From positions 682,001-746,000 of the forward strand of contig JBEUKZ010000096.1 of NCBI GenBank assembly GCA_048128005.1: DNA of 64,000 nucleotides, in the 5' to 3' direction. Below, one piece after another: positions 1 to 12,264 of the stretch. The position numbers and the translations under genes are program-made. How positions within the stretch are numbered: position 1 is the first letter of the stretch; every line of letters begins with the position of its first letter. The DNA is from Veleropilina oligotropha. Lineage: Eukaryota. The notes under the pieces were generated by a model. It saw nothing but the letters and a program-made list of their open reading frames with translations. It was not told the origin of the DNA and made no database searches.

Positions 1-177
1 TTACGTGACGTATTTATATATATATATGCACTGGCGAGCGTTGTTAAATAATCATATACTATTTCAACCTCACAGTTTATTGACTAAAATTACCATAGTC
101 TTTCGATTCAATTTATTAAGCAATTAACTTGTTTTTATAGTCTACATAATAAAAAGTATATCATTAATAATTATTAT

Positions 178-303
178 ATGTGGATTCTGGCACGTCGGAA
201 ACCTCTCCTGAGCTCGGAAATTTTACTCGAACTTTCTTCTCGTGATAAATTTACCGCAAAAAGTCCGAACTCACTGTTTCCGACCTGCCAGAATCCACAT
301 AAT
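178..303. repeat. Short inverted-repeat (hairpin) element
   Basis: atgtggattctggcacgtcggaaac pairs with gtttccgacctgccagaatccacat. Confidence 0.7.
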
Positions 304-923
304 AGTACAATATCATCATACCTTTGGTTTTATCACGCATTGTCGCGAGTTATTTTCTGTGATGCCGTAACATTTGATTTTAAAATATTTATTGAAATAA
401 CATAAGCCTACCTATGGAAGAATGTGATACGGTCTGACAGGATTTGGTAGAGTATGGTACGTATAATAAAATGGTTTACAGTATATGTATATATTCATTC
501 ATTTCTTATATAGCAATGCTAAATTAAGTACTATATCATCTTCCTTTTCAACACTAAGAAAATTACAATATCATATTGAAGAACACCTTACAATTACATT
601 TTGTGAATTTTTTTAGTGATGTGGTTATTTTCTTAGAGCGAAAGTGTACAGACCTACGCCAATGAAATGTAATTTAAGAATAAATTATGGCATCTATCAT
701 TTTTCACAAATAAACGAAACTACCGAGAAATCTGTGATGGCTGTTCCAGAAAAGAGGTTATAGGGGCAACCTAATTTAAAATGTAATTTTCCTACATGCT
801 TCAGTAAGTGATGGGTAATTCTCCTCTCACCCCTACTAAAAATATCATAAATAGAATGAGTTTCTTCCCATGACATTTAATTCCGGAACATCCCTCATAT
901 CCCCAATTGATTTTTATACATAC

Positions 924-1116
924 GTAGAATGATCTCTTGACAGCGTGATCCCATGAAGTTCCGTTTGTCCTCTGGTTCCTGCACTAGGCTCCCTGGCTTC
1001 GTGGATCCTCCACAGTTGAAATGCTGTGCAAGTTGGGGCCGCTGGATAACCTTCGATATGCACTTGAGCATTACGTCATTTTCTGTTCGACCACCCAGAC
1101 TTTCGAAAAGTTCCCG
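924..1116 (-). CDS. Putative isolated exon, DUF4806-like (transposon-associated) domain
   Basis: Minus-strand ttgcag| acceptor and |gtatgt donor bound a stop-free frame RELFESLGGRTENDVMLKCISKVIQRPQLAQHFNCGGSTKPG...KRNFMGSRCQEIIL. This resembles the LGG...LAxxFNxxG...KxxF pattern of DUF4806. Confidence 0.45.
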
Positions 1117-1477
1117 CTGCAACACCGAACATGAGCATAAGACCACAACCATAAGATATTCCACTTAATCATCCAAGTTAGTTAAATCACGCAAAATGAT
1201 GCGACATGAATCAGTCTACTTTTACAATCGCAATTGTATGAGATAGTATTACAACACAACAAGATTTTAATATTGGTTCGAAAATGAGATTAATTTGTTA
1301 ATTAATAAAACAGCGATGTGATAATGTAATGCCTAAGCAACCCCATTGCAGCAAATATCATAAATAACTGGGAATAATTTAAAAAGATATGCAAAAAAAA
1401 CTATCGGTATATGGATTTATTTACAAAGACTACATGGAATGCAATATTTGTGATAAAAGATGGCTATGCTATTAATT

Positions 1478-1710
1478 CGCCGTCCTCGATAGCTCAACTG
1501 ATTAGAGCGTCGGCAAAACGTTATGTTGGGCGGTAGGATGTGGGTTCAAGCCCGCGCCGGCCTGGCTTATTCTAAAGCCTAAAACTAATATATGGCATGT
1601 CTCTAATGTATGTCGGTCAGATCGGAATGAGGCCTTAAACCGGGTGGCCCGACCACGTTAAGGCTGAAAAATTGCATAAGGGGTCGTAAAACAAAGTTGT
1701 CAACTCAACT
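1478..1710 (+). mobile_element. tRNA-derived SINE, family B (Meta-domain-like core)
   Basis: Box A tagctcaactgattag, box B ggttcaagccc, core gtcagatcggaatgaggccttaaaccgg, tail caactcaact. Related copies near 15731-15945, 21845-22000, 36810-36925, 58250-58355 and 63100-63315. Confidence 0.65.
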
Positions 1711-2629
1711 ATGCCATTAATTCCTAGGCCATTGTCTCCATTGCACACGCAGCCGTTTGACGGATATAAAAGCGGCAATTACACTGGGATCCCGACTACA
1801 GCATGCATGAGTGCAAAATTGTTAAATTGTTTATCATCACAAATTGACCTATATATCTTATCCTAAACTGCTTCATATATAAAGCATCTAGCGAAATGGA
1901 AAATTTCTTGACAATTTTCATTTAGAGATTAAAAAAAAAGTGAACAAAACTCACTTTTTTATTATTACAGATCTTGATGTATATTCATTGTAATAAAATG
2001 TTTGTGATGATATAGATACACGTTATCAACTTTATGCAGTGACCAAGATCTCCTGGCACCGTATGACCTTAAAATACATTAATCACAAGACAAGGCTAGC
2101 ACCAACAGGCTTCACCAACAAGACTGCATGACAAAGCAATTAGTAACCCTAGAAGTACTGGCATAATTCTGAAAGAACTAAAAGTACTGGAATCTTGAAA
2201 AGCACACATTGCATGTGTATTATAAACATTAACCGAATATTAAATAGTTTGATACTACTATCGAAATATAACACAAAATGTTATGGCTATCTCATAACAT
2301 AAAACAAAATGAATCAATATTGATTATTAATTATATACCGGTACATTTGTCCCTCTGGCTGGTGGCCGCTCTGACAATCGTTTGGTTTCGGTTGCAGACT
2401 GTTAAGTTATTGGATTGATTCCGTTGACACAAACAGTATTGGTTTAGAATATCGGTTGGAACATTGATGCAATGTTGGTTTGGACATTGATACCCAAGTT
2501 TTCAGTAACTGGCCGGATTTTCCCGGCGACCGGTCTTTCCTCCCGTGATAATATGCACATGTCCTGCTTAGAACCTGATGGTGTTTATATATACATAAAT
2601 TCAAGACGCATGCGCATACATTTCGCGGG

Positions 2630-4669
2630 TAAATCTGTCATAACTTAAATGTTGAAAGGAGTTCGTGCTGTTGAGACGTCTGCCGCAGGTGTTCGACGTG
2701 TTTCAAAGACGACTCCTGCACGCCTTCAATGTTTAAATGAATTTAGTTTTGTCCACGTTCCCGCAATGTTCAGAGCACACCTCCAAAAGTAATACCCAAG
2801 TGAAACTCAAAAATACATGAGTATAAATAAAATACATTTGAATGTTTCTCTAACCATTAAAATTATTACGCACACTATTTAAATCTTACCGTTTATATAC
2901 AGCTAGGGGCCTTCGCAGCGTCAAAACAATAATAATTATATGGTTTAACATTTAATCAGTGAACTACCCGTGATATATGCAGTTATCTGTTTATCTATTT
3001 CGTGTGCAATCCTGTCATAATTGAAAATTTGAACACAGTTCATGCTGTGGCGACGTCACAGGTTTTCGAAACGTTGGCAAGACGACTCCAAGACGTGCCC
3101 GCAACGTCCAGAACACGTCTCCAAAGTTAATATCAACGTGAAACTCGCATACAAAGCATAAGATTCACAATAATGCAGAAAATAACATATACCGGTACTC
3201 AAAAAATTCCATAATATTTCATTTCTGGCCATTTGAAACATATTAAAAGTCACTTTTCTTGAATGTATGCAGCCGCTCAGCATGGCGGGAGGAGCATGTG
3301 GGATGAAAATTAAACTCTCCAAGACATCGAAAGACTGACTAATAATGGAATATTTATAGTAATGGGCGTTCTATGCATATATAGTACTATATATAATCGC
3401 TACTCATGATAATATACACTTGTCAATACATATATAGGTACTTACTCTGATTTTGGCTTAAGAGTCCACAAAGATGCCGTGAGCGCGAATTTAAATTGTG
3501 GCCAAGCTTCAGAAACGCGCGGCTGTAAAACATGTCACGTGGTTATATATCGGAAGGCGTCTTAAAGACGTCTTCCAAACGTTCTGATAGCGAATGTCAG
3601 GTGCTACCGTCACCTCGCAAGGACGTGTTCGAAACGCGAGCAAACCAGCCATAACTTAAACGCTGTATGAAGTTCATGCTGTGGCGACGTCACATGTTTT
3701 CGAAACGTTGGCAATACGACTTCAAGACGTGCATGCAACGTCCAGAAAACGTCTCTAAAGTTAATATCAGCGTGAAACTCGCATACAAGGCATAAGATTG
3801 TTCACAATAATGCAGAAAAGAACATATATTATCAAAATGCCGTAATATTTCATATCTTGTCATTTTAAATCTCTTTAAAATCACTTTTTCTGAATTTATG
3901 CAGACGCTTAATATGGCGAGAGCATATGGGATGAAAATTAAACTTTCCATGACAACGAAAGACTGAATAAGAATGGGATATGTATCTTAATGGACGTTCT
4001 ATACATATTAGTAGTATAATCGTTACTCATAAAATACACTTGTCAATTCATAATTCCTTTGATGTTGGCTTATAAGTCCACAAAAATGCCGTGGGCGCAA
4101 ATAAATTGTGTGGTCGAACTTCAGAAATGTCCGAATGTAAGACATGTCACATGGTCATATTTCGACAGACGTCTTCCAAACGTTATGATAACGAACGTCA
4201 GTACTTGTGTCAGGAGCTACCGTCACCTCGCAAGGACGTGTTCGAAACGCGGGCAAATTTAGCAAGCTGCCATAACTTAAAATGTGCAAGAAGTCCATGC
4301 TGTGGCGACGTATGCCATAGGTTTTCGAAAAGATGGCAAAACGACTTCAAGACGTGCTCGCATCGTCCAGAACACGTCGTCAAATATAATAACCTTATCA
4401 CATGGTAATATTTCGACAAACGTCTTGAACACGTCCTCCAAACGACCTGACAGCGAATGTCAGTGTCTGTGTCACGTGCCACCGTCACCTCGCATAGACG
4501 TTTTCGACACGTACGAAGACATTTTTCATATTTATTTAACCAAGACGTTTTGAAGACGTGTTGTGAACGTCGAAATTTCAATAAAACGTCTCCAAGACGC
4601 GTCGCACACGTCTTGAAAACCAACACGCGTATAAGACGTCCCCGTCACCAAAACCAGTGGTTCACTGGG
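2630..4669 (-). mobile_element. End of a DNA transposon with large subterminal tandem repeats (CCCAG terminus, EnSpm/CMC-like)
   Basis: The motif cataacttaaa...gttcatgctgtggcgacgt recurs near 2636, 3013, 3648 and 4268 (about 620-635 bp period for the last three). Dense aagacgt motifs. Ends ...gttcactggg|ta at 4669. Confidence 0.55.
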
Positions 4670-4683
4670 TACAAAGCATTTTT

Positions 4684-4870
4684 GGCCGCACCAGTAGTCT
4701 AGTGGATAAGAGCGTGCACAGACTCACAATGACCACTCTTTTTGACAGGAGTGGGTTTGAATCTTCGGCTGAGTACTTTGCTTCTTTAACAGTCAAAGTT
4801 GTCCATAATTAAAGGTGGGGATTTCTGGCCGGTAACAGGAATTTCGTCCCGCAATAATATGGACAATAAT
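4684..4870 (+). mobile_element. tRNA-derived SINE, family A (V-domain-like), degenerate
   Basis: gtagtctagtgg ... gggtttgaatc head followed by the agttgtcc...tttcgtcccgcaataatatggaca core shared with other family A copies. Confidence 0.6.
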
Positions 4871-5053
4871 ATGACCATGAAGATGGTTTAAATGGGACAT
4901 TATAATAATTATAATAAGTGTAGATCGAATCCAATCTTCTTGTTTATGTTTTATATTCTAAGATATGGAAGTTACTTGGGATGAGGTTCATTGTTGAAAA
5001 TGGATGTTGTGTGTAGCATATTCTTATATTATCATTTTCCCGTGTTACATTAG

Positions 5054-5157
5054 GAACTTCCACGTGTGGAACGACGTCTGGATGGCTCGTCCCGATCTGC
5101 CAGCAGGGTGCGGCGGATGGCAGGCGATCGACGGGACTCCACAGGAAACGAGCGATG
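5054..5157 (+). CDS. Transglutaminase exon with catalytic His and Asp (first exon of this gene inside the window)
   Basis: tag|G acceptor and G|gtgag donor. Translates (W)[34 protein letters not shown](G), the transglutaminase core signature. Confidence 0.96.
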
Positions 5158-5633
5158 GTGAGAATGAACACAAGAATTTAGCTCTGATGTGACGTAGGCG
5201 GCAGAGTTTTACAGATTGTGATATGTCACTCATCCACTTGACAATCAATGTTCATAAACTATCTTATAACTTTTTTATGTTATCAAACTATCCATGTGTA
5301 TATACATATCATATACAAATATATATCCGTTGATTATTTTGAAAACTACTGGGTCAGTTTCCCCAAAATTGGCATATGCTTTCCAGCGACTATTTGTAGG
5401 TCGTTTATATAAATTTTGTGATGCAATTTTACAAAATATGCTTTTAATAAGCACTTTTATGCAAAATTACTATCTACATAATGAAAATAATGAAAATTCT
5501 GTAGTTATTTGCATGATGTCATTTTGTTTCGGGTTTGACGTCAAGTTGCATTAACTCTTTAGCGACCAAATTAATTCCGAGAAAACGTATTGGCAGCCAT
5601 GTATAGATTGTAAATTGTCTATATTATCCTTAA

Positions 5634-5705
5634 CTCTTAGCATGCTGGGGGCAGGATATGCCACCAAATTCCCATTGAGTTATATAATTCACAGCATGAT
5701 AAGAG
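5634..5705. mobile_element. 72-bp TTAA-flanked mini inverted-repeat element
   Basis: TTAA|ctcttagcatgctg ... cagcatgataagag|TTAA. Confidence 0.6.
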
Positions 5706-5728
5706 TTAATATCACTCAAAAACATATA

Positions 5729-5846
5729 AAACAAGCTCATCCGAGAGGAAGCATAGTTGAGCCATAATAAAGTAAGTGTGGACATACACCACACAGACAG
5801 ACAGACAGCCTCAATACAATAGTTTCTCCGTAAATGGCTCAACTAA
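5729..5846 (-). mobile_element. Minimal HINE/DINE-like element
   Basis: Inverted pair agttgagcca / tggctcaact, (caga)n microsatellite, and an aacaag terminus. Confidence 0.45.
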
Positions 5847-7631
5847 CTATATATCAGAGTATTCAGAAAAGAATAGGCTTTCAGATGATGATAATGGTTA
5901 TTTATTATTATATAATTTGGTCATATTTATTGCAGGTATACAATATTGATAGAATAAGAAAATAAAATAAAATTTATGAAATAATGAGTTTCATATACTA
6001 CTAATATTTCATAATTTTTACAAATTTTCATACGTTATCTTATTATATTCTGTGAAAGTATCCATATATGAACAGTTTTGTGTAAAAACATTAGTATACA
6101 TGCTGATGATGAGTCCCAGTGGTACTTGACATGATATAGCTGGGTTTTTTTAAAAAGATGAAAAAAACAGCCGGGGTCATGATGAAACGAATAACGCGAG
6201 AAAGACCAGTATGTTCAATGAATGATGCATCTTCTTTGGGTATAATATCATTATGATGAAATCTCTTTCATTTCGGACTGAGTCGACCACTCCCTTGCTG
6301 GCGTCTGCGTCGTGAAGTGAATGGAACACGACAATCCACGGCGGCTCCACAGATTCCAGATTATCTGAATATCACTGAAAAAAATAAATAATAATAAATA
6401 CAATGCATAAGATATAATTATTAATATACAGAGATTTACACACAAAAAACATTCATGATTTCATATAATATTGTTATCAAATCAATAAAAACATGTTGCT
6501 ATCAAACAATCATATTTCCATATCATATGAACGTGTGCAAAAAAGTCATCAATTGTTTGTTATAAGTTGTCTTTTATTTGATTTTCTAACTATTATATTA
6601 ATATTAGGCTTTGCATACACTTATTTCCAAATAATATATTAGATAATAAATTATGTAGTTATTACTTACTGTGGTAAAATCATCGTTACATTATATATTC
6701 AAGTCTGAAGAAAATCATCTCCTTTTGGCCACGCCCCCTCTTGATATCGCTAATCAGGTGTGATAGTTCTGTATTTGACCTTCATGACATGACAAGCCGC
6801 TGGCCTCGATATAGAAACTTGGGCTGGATAACCAACTATCTGAAACGTCTCTTTGAAGTAAGTAACCCACTGTGCTTTTCCCTTGTGCAGACATAATGCT
6901 CTCTGTCAATAACAGCAATAAAATTTGATACCGATAGATATATACCACCGATATAAGTTTTCAAGCCAGGTAAAGTTTGCAAATGGTGTCCTCATCTCTC
7001 CCAAATATGAAGAAGTACGGTCCCCGGATAGGCCCATTCAAAATTTGACTTCCATAAAGCATGGAAACGTATATATATAGGCTATTAAAAAAGTGCGATC
7101 ACATACGACTGGCTATGTCACGAAAGAGTTAAATGCCATAACAGTGTGAAGTTATTTAGTGGAATGTAAATAAATACTATTACGCTATTAGAAAAACTGA
7201 AATGCTAGAATTCATGTGTAGTCATATTTAATGTCAACTAATATATCACTGAAGACCCTAATAGACAAAGGTCAAGACATAATCCGAACGCGTCATTCTT
7301 GTGCTAACTTGGCGAGAAAAGTTTTTTCAAATTGAGTGTTTTAATTGAAATTAGAATTTTGAACTTCAGCAGAGCTATATAGACCAATAGGCCTCTTGTT
7401 ATATATTTTCAATAGGAGCTTTGACTAAGACATAATAACAATTGTAAGTTTCATTCAGTAATGCATCAGAAATCACACTGTACATAAGACTTTTAGGTTT
7501 TCACAGCAACAATCTCTTAGATCAGATTAATCAGCCTACTGATTGTCACCTTTTATTACATTACTCCGGATTTTAAGCGTCATCTTTTAATATCAATTCT
7601 ACCATACACTGATCTTTCCATGCATGTTCAG

Positions 7632-7791
7632 GTGTGTACTGTGCTGGTCCAATGTCATTGAATGCAATCAAGAAAGGCGATGTCAACCTGCCGTATGATG
7701 GACCGTTTATATTCGCGGAGGTCAACGCAGACAAGGTCATGTGGATCCAGAACGATGACACGACTTGGACAAAAATCCTGAAGAAAGGAGT
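7632..7791 (+). CDS. Transglutaminase exon (catalytic core)
   Basis: cag| and |gtaag boundaries, phase matches previous exon. Translates GVYCAGPMSLNAIKKGDVNLPYDGPFIFAEVNADKVMWIQNDDTTWTKILKKG. Confidence 0.95.
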
Positions 7792-7937
7792 GTAAGATTC
7801 AACCATAGGAATATCAGTAGTAATATTAGTCTCCATGTATGTCCTTGAACTCAGTTAGCAATAATTCTTGTCATGCACCACCTCCGATCTGGGGTTATAT
7901 TATTCATGCTCATGCATATAATTTTATCCCTGCAGCT

Positions 7938-8172
7938 CAGGGTTTCCTCCCAAAAAATATAAAAAGTGAGGGAGGGTCCTTAGGTCAACAGTATGTGGCA
8001 GGAAAAATTGGTCTTCACCATTCTGATATGGCCTCTCATGGGTTCTAAGATGGCAAATTATACATTTTATTCTTAAATTGCAAAAGTTGGTGGAGGAGAT
8101 AACCCCCCAGGAGTTTTTCATGGTGGATGCAAACCACGCTAACACCCCCCCCCCCCCCTGGAGGAAACCCTG
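7938..8172. mobile_element. hAT-like MITE
   Basis: 13-bp TIR cagggtttcctcc / ggaggaaaccctg. Flanks ctgcagct / ctgcttct match 6 of 8, a degenerate 8-bp TSD. Confidence 0.75.
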
Positions 8173-8666
8173 CTGCTTCTTTTCGATGTAGAGATATGCT
8201 AGTTTTCTCATTGTTCATAGGTTATAAAGTGACCACATTTTTCTGATTCTAAATAATTAAAACATCTGAATATGGTTGCATAATGCTGCATTCCAATTCT
8301 GTTGTTTCTGACCACTCTGGTTGTCCAGAGGGTAAGATAATTTCTCCTAATTCCCTTGTATGGACTGTAATGTAATGGCTGCACAATTGAGAGTTTGAGA
8401 TTGGATGAAGATTTAAATGAGCTAACTGATTAGTTTCCTTGCTTGGTGGGTTTCAGTGGATTCTATAGATTATATACCCATGATAATATGGACCTTTCTA
8501 GAGTCACTGTTTCTTATATTTTCTTTTTGTAGTAAAGATTATCTTTTGAATTTTTCTTTGCTTTTTTATGCCTCTATTGTATCAATTCAGTCAGATGCTG
8601 TCCCATTTGAAGACCTCTGATAGCTGCTGTATCATTTTAATCGTATCTTATTTTGATCTTCTGTAG

Positions 8667-8788
8667 TATTGGCAAGAAGATGAGCACCAAGAGAATTGCA
8701 TGGACAATGGACCCCACGATCAGTTCGAGCAGACGGAAAGATGACCCGGACCGCGAGGACGTCACGCTGGCCTATAAGTTCAAAGAGG
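8667..8788 (+). CDS. Transglutaminase exon (catalytic core)
   Basis: tag| and |gtagg boundaries. Translates IGKKMSTKRIAWTMDPTISSSRRKDDPDREDVTLAYKFKEG (IGK-STK and REDxT-YK-EG motifs). Confidence 0.93.
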
Positions 8789-9279
8789 GTAGGAATTTGC
8801 TGCATTTGAAACTTGGATGGTTTGCAAAATGACAAGCCCTTTCAAGCAAATGAAACGATTTGTCATGAAATGGCAAGCTGATTTTAAGTGAATTGCAATC
8901 AGTTGTAAGCGCTGCAGAGAGGTGCTTATTTTGCGCTTGCAAGATGGCAGACACTGGTATTTCATTTAAACGAGTAATATAAACGAACATTTGGGTTGAA
9001 GCATTTATTTACCGTGAAAACAACATAATATTGTGGTTTTTCCAAACAATTATTACGATAAATAAGTTATTTATTACAACTCTTATCCTGCTCTAATTGT
9101 ATCTTGTTGTTTATTGAGAATATGATGTATCGAAGCTTATCCGCAGATTGTTATGATTATCATATGCATTTGCATTTTTTATTTTATATCATTTTTATGA
9201 AGTTGAGTATGGCTGATAGTTCTTAGCATTGTTTGTCGTCTTTAGATATTTATTGCCTTCTTCGAATTCCTTCTATTAG

Positions 9280-9362
9280 GATCATCAGACGAAAGAGCAG
9301 CTGTCATTCGAGCCAATCAGACGGGCAGTAATCGGACGGATGTGTACGAGACTGGTCCCAAG
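9280..9362 (+). CDS. Transglutaminase exon (core end and linker)
   Basis: tag| and |gtaaa boundaries, phases consistent on both sides. Translates GSSDERAAVIRANQTGSNRTDVYETGPK. Confidence 0.9.
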
Positions 9363-9838
9363 GTAAAAAGACATTTGAATTGATTTTAATCCATCAATTA
9401 TACCACTTCATCTTATTAATTTTTCATTCAATATTTTAACAATTCTTTAACCGTAATATAGTAGTCTCGTCTCCCAGTTTAATATCTCTCCTCGATCGAA
9501 ATTAGTAGAGTAGCAAATATTTACCTATTCTAAGGGCAATCCAGGATAGCAAACCTTCACTATGGATACGACATCTTCAAAACCAAATCCTAATCAACAC
9601 CAAAATCCAATGGAATGGCCCTTAATTAATTCAATTCCAATTCTCCACAAAATTTTACCGAAATGTGTTACTCACATTTTGTGTAATCCTGGTATCAGAT
9701 AAACATATATACAAACAGACAAACACTGGTGAAATCGCAACATCCTGGCAGGAGATGATCAAGGAGGGAACTGCAACATCTAGAGAGCATGTTCTTGGAT
9801 CAAGGCTATAATTACGCATCTTTACTGTTGAATTGCAG

Positions 9839-10037
9839 GATATGAAATTTGAGTTATTGGACCGCGATGAAATCGCTCTCGGCAAGGACTTCGACGTCAC
9901 GCTCAAGACATCGAATGAAGGTAAAGAAGTCCGAGACGTGGCGATAACTCTGACAGCAACGGTGGTCTTCTACACTGGCGTGCCGCACACAGTCGTCAAA
10001 ACAGAGAAATTTCAAAACAGTCTAGAAGCTGGAAAGA
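9839..10037 (+). CDS. Transglutaminase exon (C-terminal beta-barrel 1)
   Basis: cag| and |gtaag boundaries. Translates DMKFELLDRDEIALGKDFDVTL...VFYTGVPHTVVKTEKFQNSLEAGK; lies within ORF 9833..10105. Confidence 0.94.
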
Positions 10038-10287
10038 GTAAGCCATTATTTGCAAGACATTTCAGTCTCTTTTACTTTGCAATTCGACTTCGTATTTATC
10101 TGTAACACATTTGCAAATGCTGTAATGTGTATAAATTATACATTTAACACATTCTGCACCAGTAGTCTAGTGGATAATATTGTGGGTTTTGAATTCTTGT
10201 CCTAACACTTTGGTTAGTTAGCACACACATTTGTCTATAACTGGTCATTTGTGTGGTGAGTTTTCCCATGCGACCATGATTGCGATT

Positions 10288-10538
10288 GGCCGCCCCGGTA
10301 GTTGTGTAGTCTCGAGTGCCGACATTGAAATCACTGGATCGATTGTGTTAACTAATAGGAGTGGGTTTGAATCTTGGTTGGGACATGACATTCTTCATTC
10401 AGTTATCAATCGCAGTTGTCCATAAATGACCTCAGTGGGCGGATTTCCCCGAGCGAGTTTTCCTCTCGCGATAATATGGACATGTCCTGACTTGAACCTA
10501 AAGGTTGTAAATACACAAGGCAATAAGCATTAATCCAA
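10288..10538 (+). mobile_element. SINE family A copy
   Basis: tRNA-like head, cagttgtcc...tttcctctcgcgataatatggacatgtcctg core, taagcat tail. Confidence 0.75.
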
Positions 10539-10692
10539 TCCAAACCGGCGATAAAATGGATGACATATTCTGGTACGAATCTGTAGGTTTTCATAATTGA
10601 GATATTAAGCATTATAATCTAAACCAAAAAAATATATTGCACACAATGTCTTTGTGTTATATTATGAGAATTTAACCCGAAAATGTCTGCAG

Positions 10693-10853
10693 GTTTTGAT
10701 GCTGTAATGAAGATCTCCGTCGACGATTATCTGGATAAACTCGTGGATCACTGTCAGATGAAGATCTCCTGCTTCGTCCGTGTCAAACAAACGAACCAAG
10801 TCCATGCAGACCAAGATGACTTCCGTCTACGCAAACCGCACTTAACTATTAAG
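10693..10853 (+). CDS. Transglutaminase exon (beta-barrel 1)
   Basis: cag| and |gtgag boundaries. Translates FDAVMKISVDDYLDKLVDHCQMKISCFVRVKQTNQVHADQDDFRLRKPHLTIK. Confidence 0.94.
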
Positions 10854-11112
10854 GTGAGTGATGGGTGATTATCTGTCGAACTACAACTCTCGCATTTTTC
10901 ATGTCGACTAAATCCTTTTAAAGGATCATCGGAATTAAGCGACGATGGACTTCAATGCTAAGAATATTCTCTTGATGCTGTAGACGAAATCCTCCTGATA
11001 GAAGAGAGATGGTAAATAATGGGGCTGAACATTTTTTTAATTAGTGGTAAAACTTGCAATGCAATTTATTATAACAATTTCCTTATATGATTTTATTTTT
11101 TCCGCATGCTAG

Positions 11113-11249
11113 GCTCCAAAAGAAGGTAAAGTTGGTGAAGCATTCGATGTGGATGTATCGTTTATTAACCCTCTGCCCGTGTCTCTCACCAGCTGCAGCC
11201 TGGCAATCGAGGGCCCGGGACTACAAAAACCGCTAAGTCTGCAACAGCC
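11113..11249 (+). CDS. Transglutaminase exon (beta-barrel 2)
   Basis: tag| and |gtaag boundaries. Translates APKEGKVGEAFDVDVSFINPLPVSLTSCSLAIEGPGLQKPLSLQQ(P), with FxNPL and EGPGL motifs. Confidence 0.94.
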
Positions 11250-11603
11250 GTAAGTGCCCGTTACATTGTACGACAAAACAATCATGGCTTACTCTCAGTC
11301 AAATTTTACATTAAAATTTCTTTTACCGCAAATCCATGTCTTATTTATATATTATTTAAGCCTAAATGATAGGACACATACATGTCAGTTTGAGCAGATA
11401 AATAAACTCCTCTTGACGTAGAAAATTGATTAATTTAACAAGTGCTTAGATAAAGGATACAATTATAACAGTCACTAGGGGAGACAATCATGCCCACCCA
11501 CCCACATTTATAAGTACATGTATTAGATTAAAGAATTAGACAATTATCCTTCCGAATTTGTCTGTTGTCTAACTTTGTTTATTGAAAACAGTCCCTTCCT
11601 GAT

Positions 11604-12264
11604 ATTTATTCCCCCACAAACGGAAGTTTAGGGTGGGGCCTATATGAGTCAGTTTGTCTGTCGGTCGGGATGCCCCCACAAACGAATTTTAGGGGGGCAT
11701 ATAGGAGTCAGCTTGTCTGTCGGTCGGTCTGTTGCATATTCCCTTCCTCTCCATATCTCGGATACTATTTCGCCTAGGGACACAAAACTTGATGTGTGAA
11801 TGTGTCACTGCGACCTACTTTTCGGACTTGACCGCATTTGGTCCAAAATTCCCTTCCGCTCCATATCTCCCATACCATCTGACCGAGGGACACGAAATTT
11901 GATGTGTGCATGCGTCATAACCCAAACGTGTGTTGCATACCAAAAGTAAGTCGCTGTGACCCACTTTCCACGCTTGACCGCATTTGGTCCAAAACTCCCT
12001 TCTCCATATATCCCATACTATTTGACTGAGGGACACGAAACTTGATATGTATATGGGTCATAACTTAAAGGTTTGTAGCATACCGTAAGTAGGTCACTGT
12101 GACCTACTTTTCAAACTTGACCGCATTCAGTCTAAAATTCCCTTCCGTTCCTTATCTCCATACTATTTGACCGAGGAATATGAAACTTCATGTGTGTATG
12201 CAACAGCCTGTTCCTGGGTCAAACGCTTTGTGGGACATATCGTCACTCCTGTGATAGCTCTAGT
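11604..12264 (+). mobile_element. Helentron-type non-autonomous element (HINE) with ~145-bp tandem units
   Basis: 5' cccccac..gggtgggg inverted repeat, gtctgtcggtcgg microsatellite, units starting near 11861, 12005 and 12151, 3' gtggga + tcactcctgtga hairpin + ctagtt. Confidence 0.7.

Larger units (their letters stand above)
5555..7128. mobile_element. Non-autonomous piggyBac-like element
   Basis: TTAA|ctctttagcgac ... gtcacgaaagag|TTAA; no transposase ORF. Confidence 0.6.

Noticed and set aside
3056..4702. Paralogous small ORFs (MESLIFIP..., Cys/Arg-rich)
   Set aside because: They arise from the ~630-bp tandem repeats and show no recognisable domain or splice structure.
1..5053. Upstream transglutaminase exon with the catalytic Cys (GQCWVF)
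   Set aside because: Not found on the + strand here; it presumably lies before the window.
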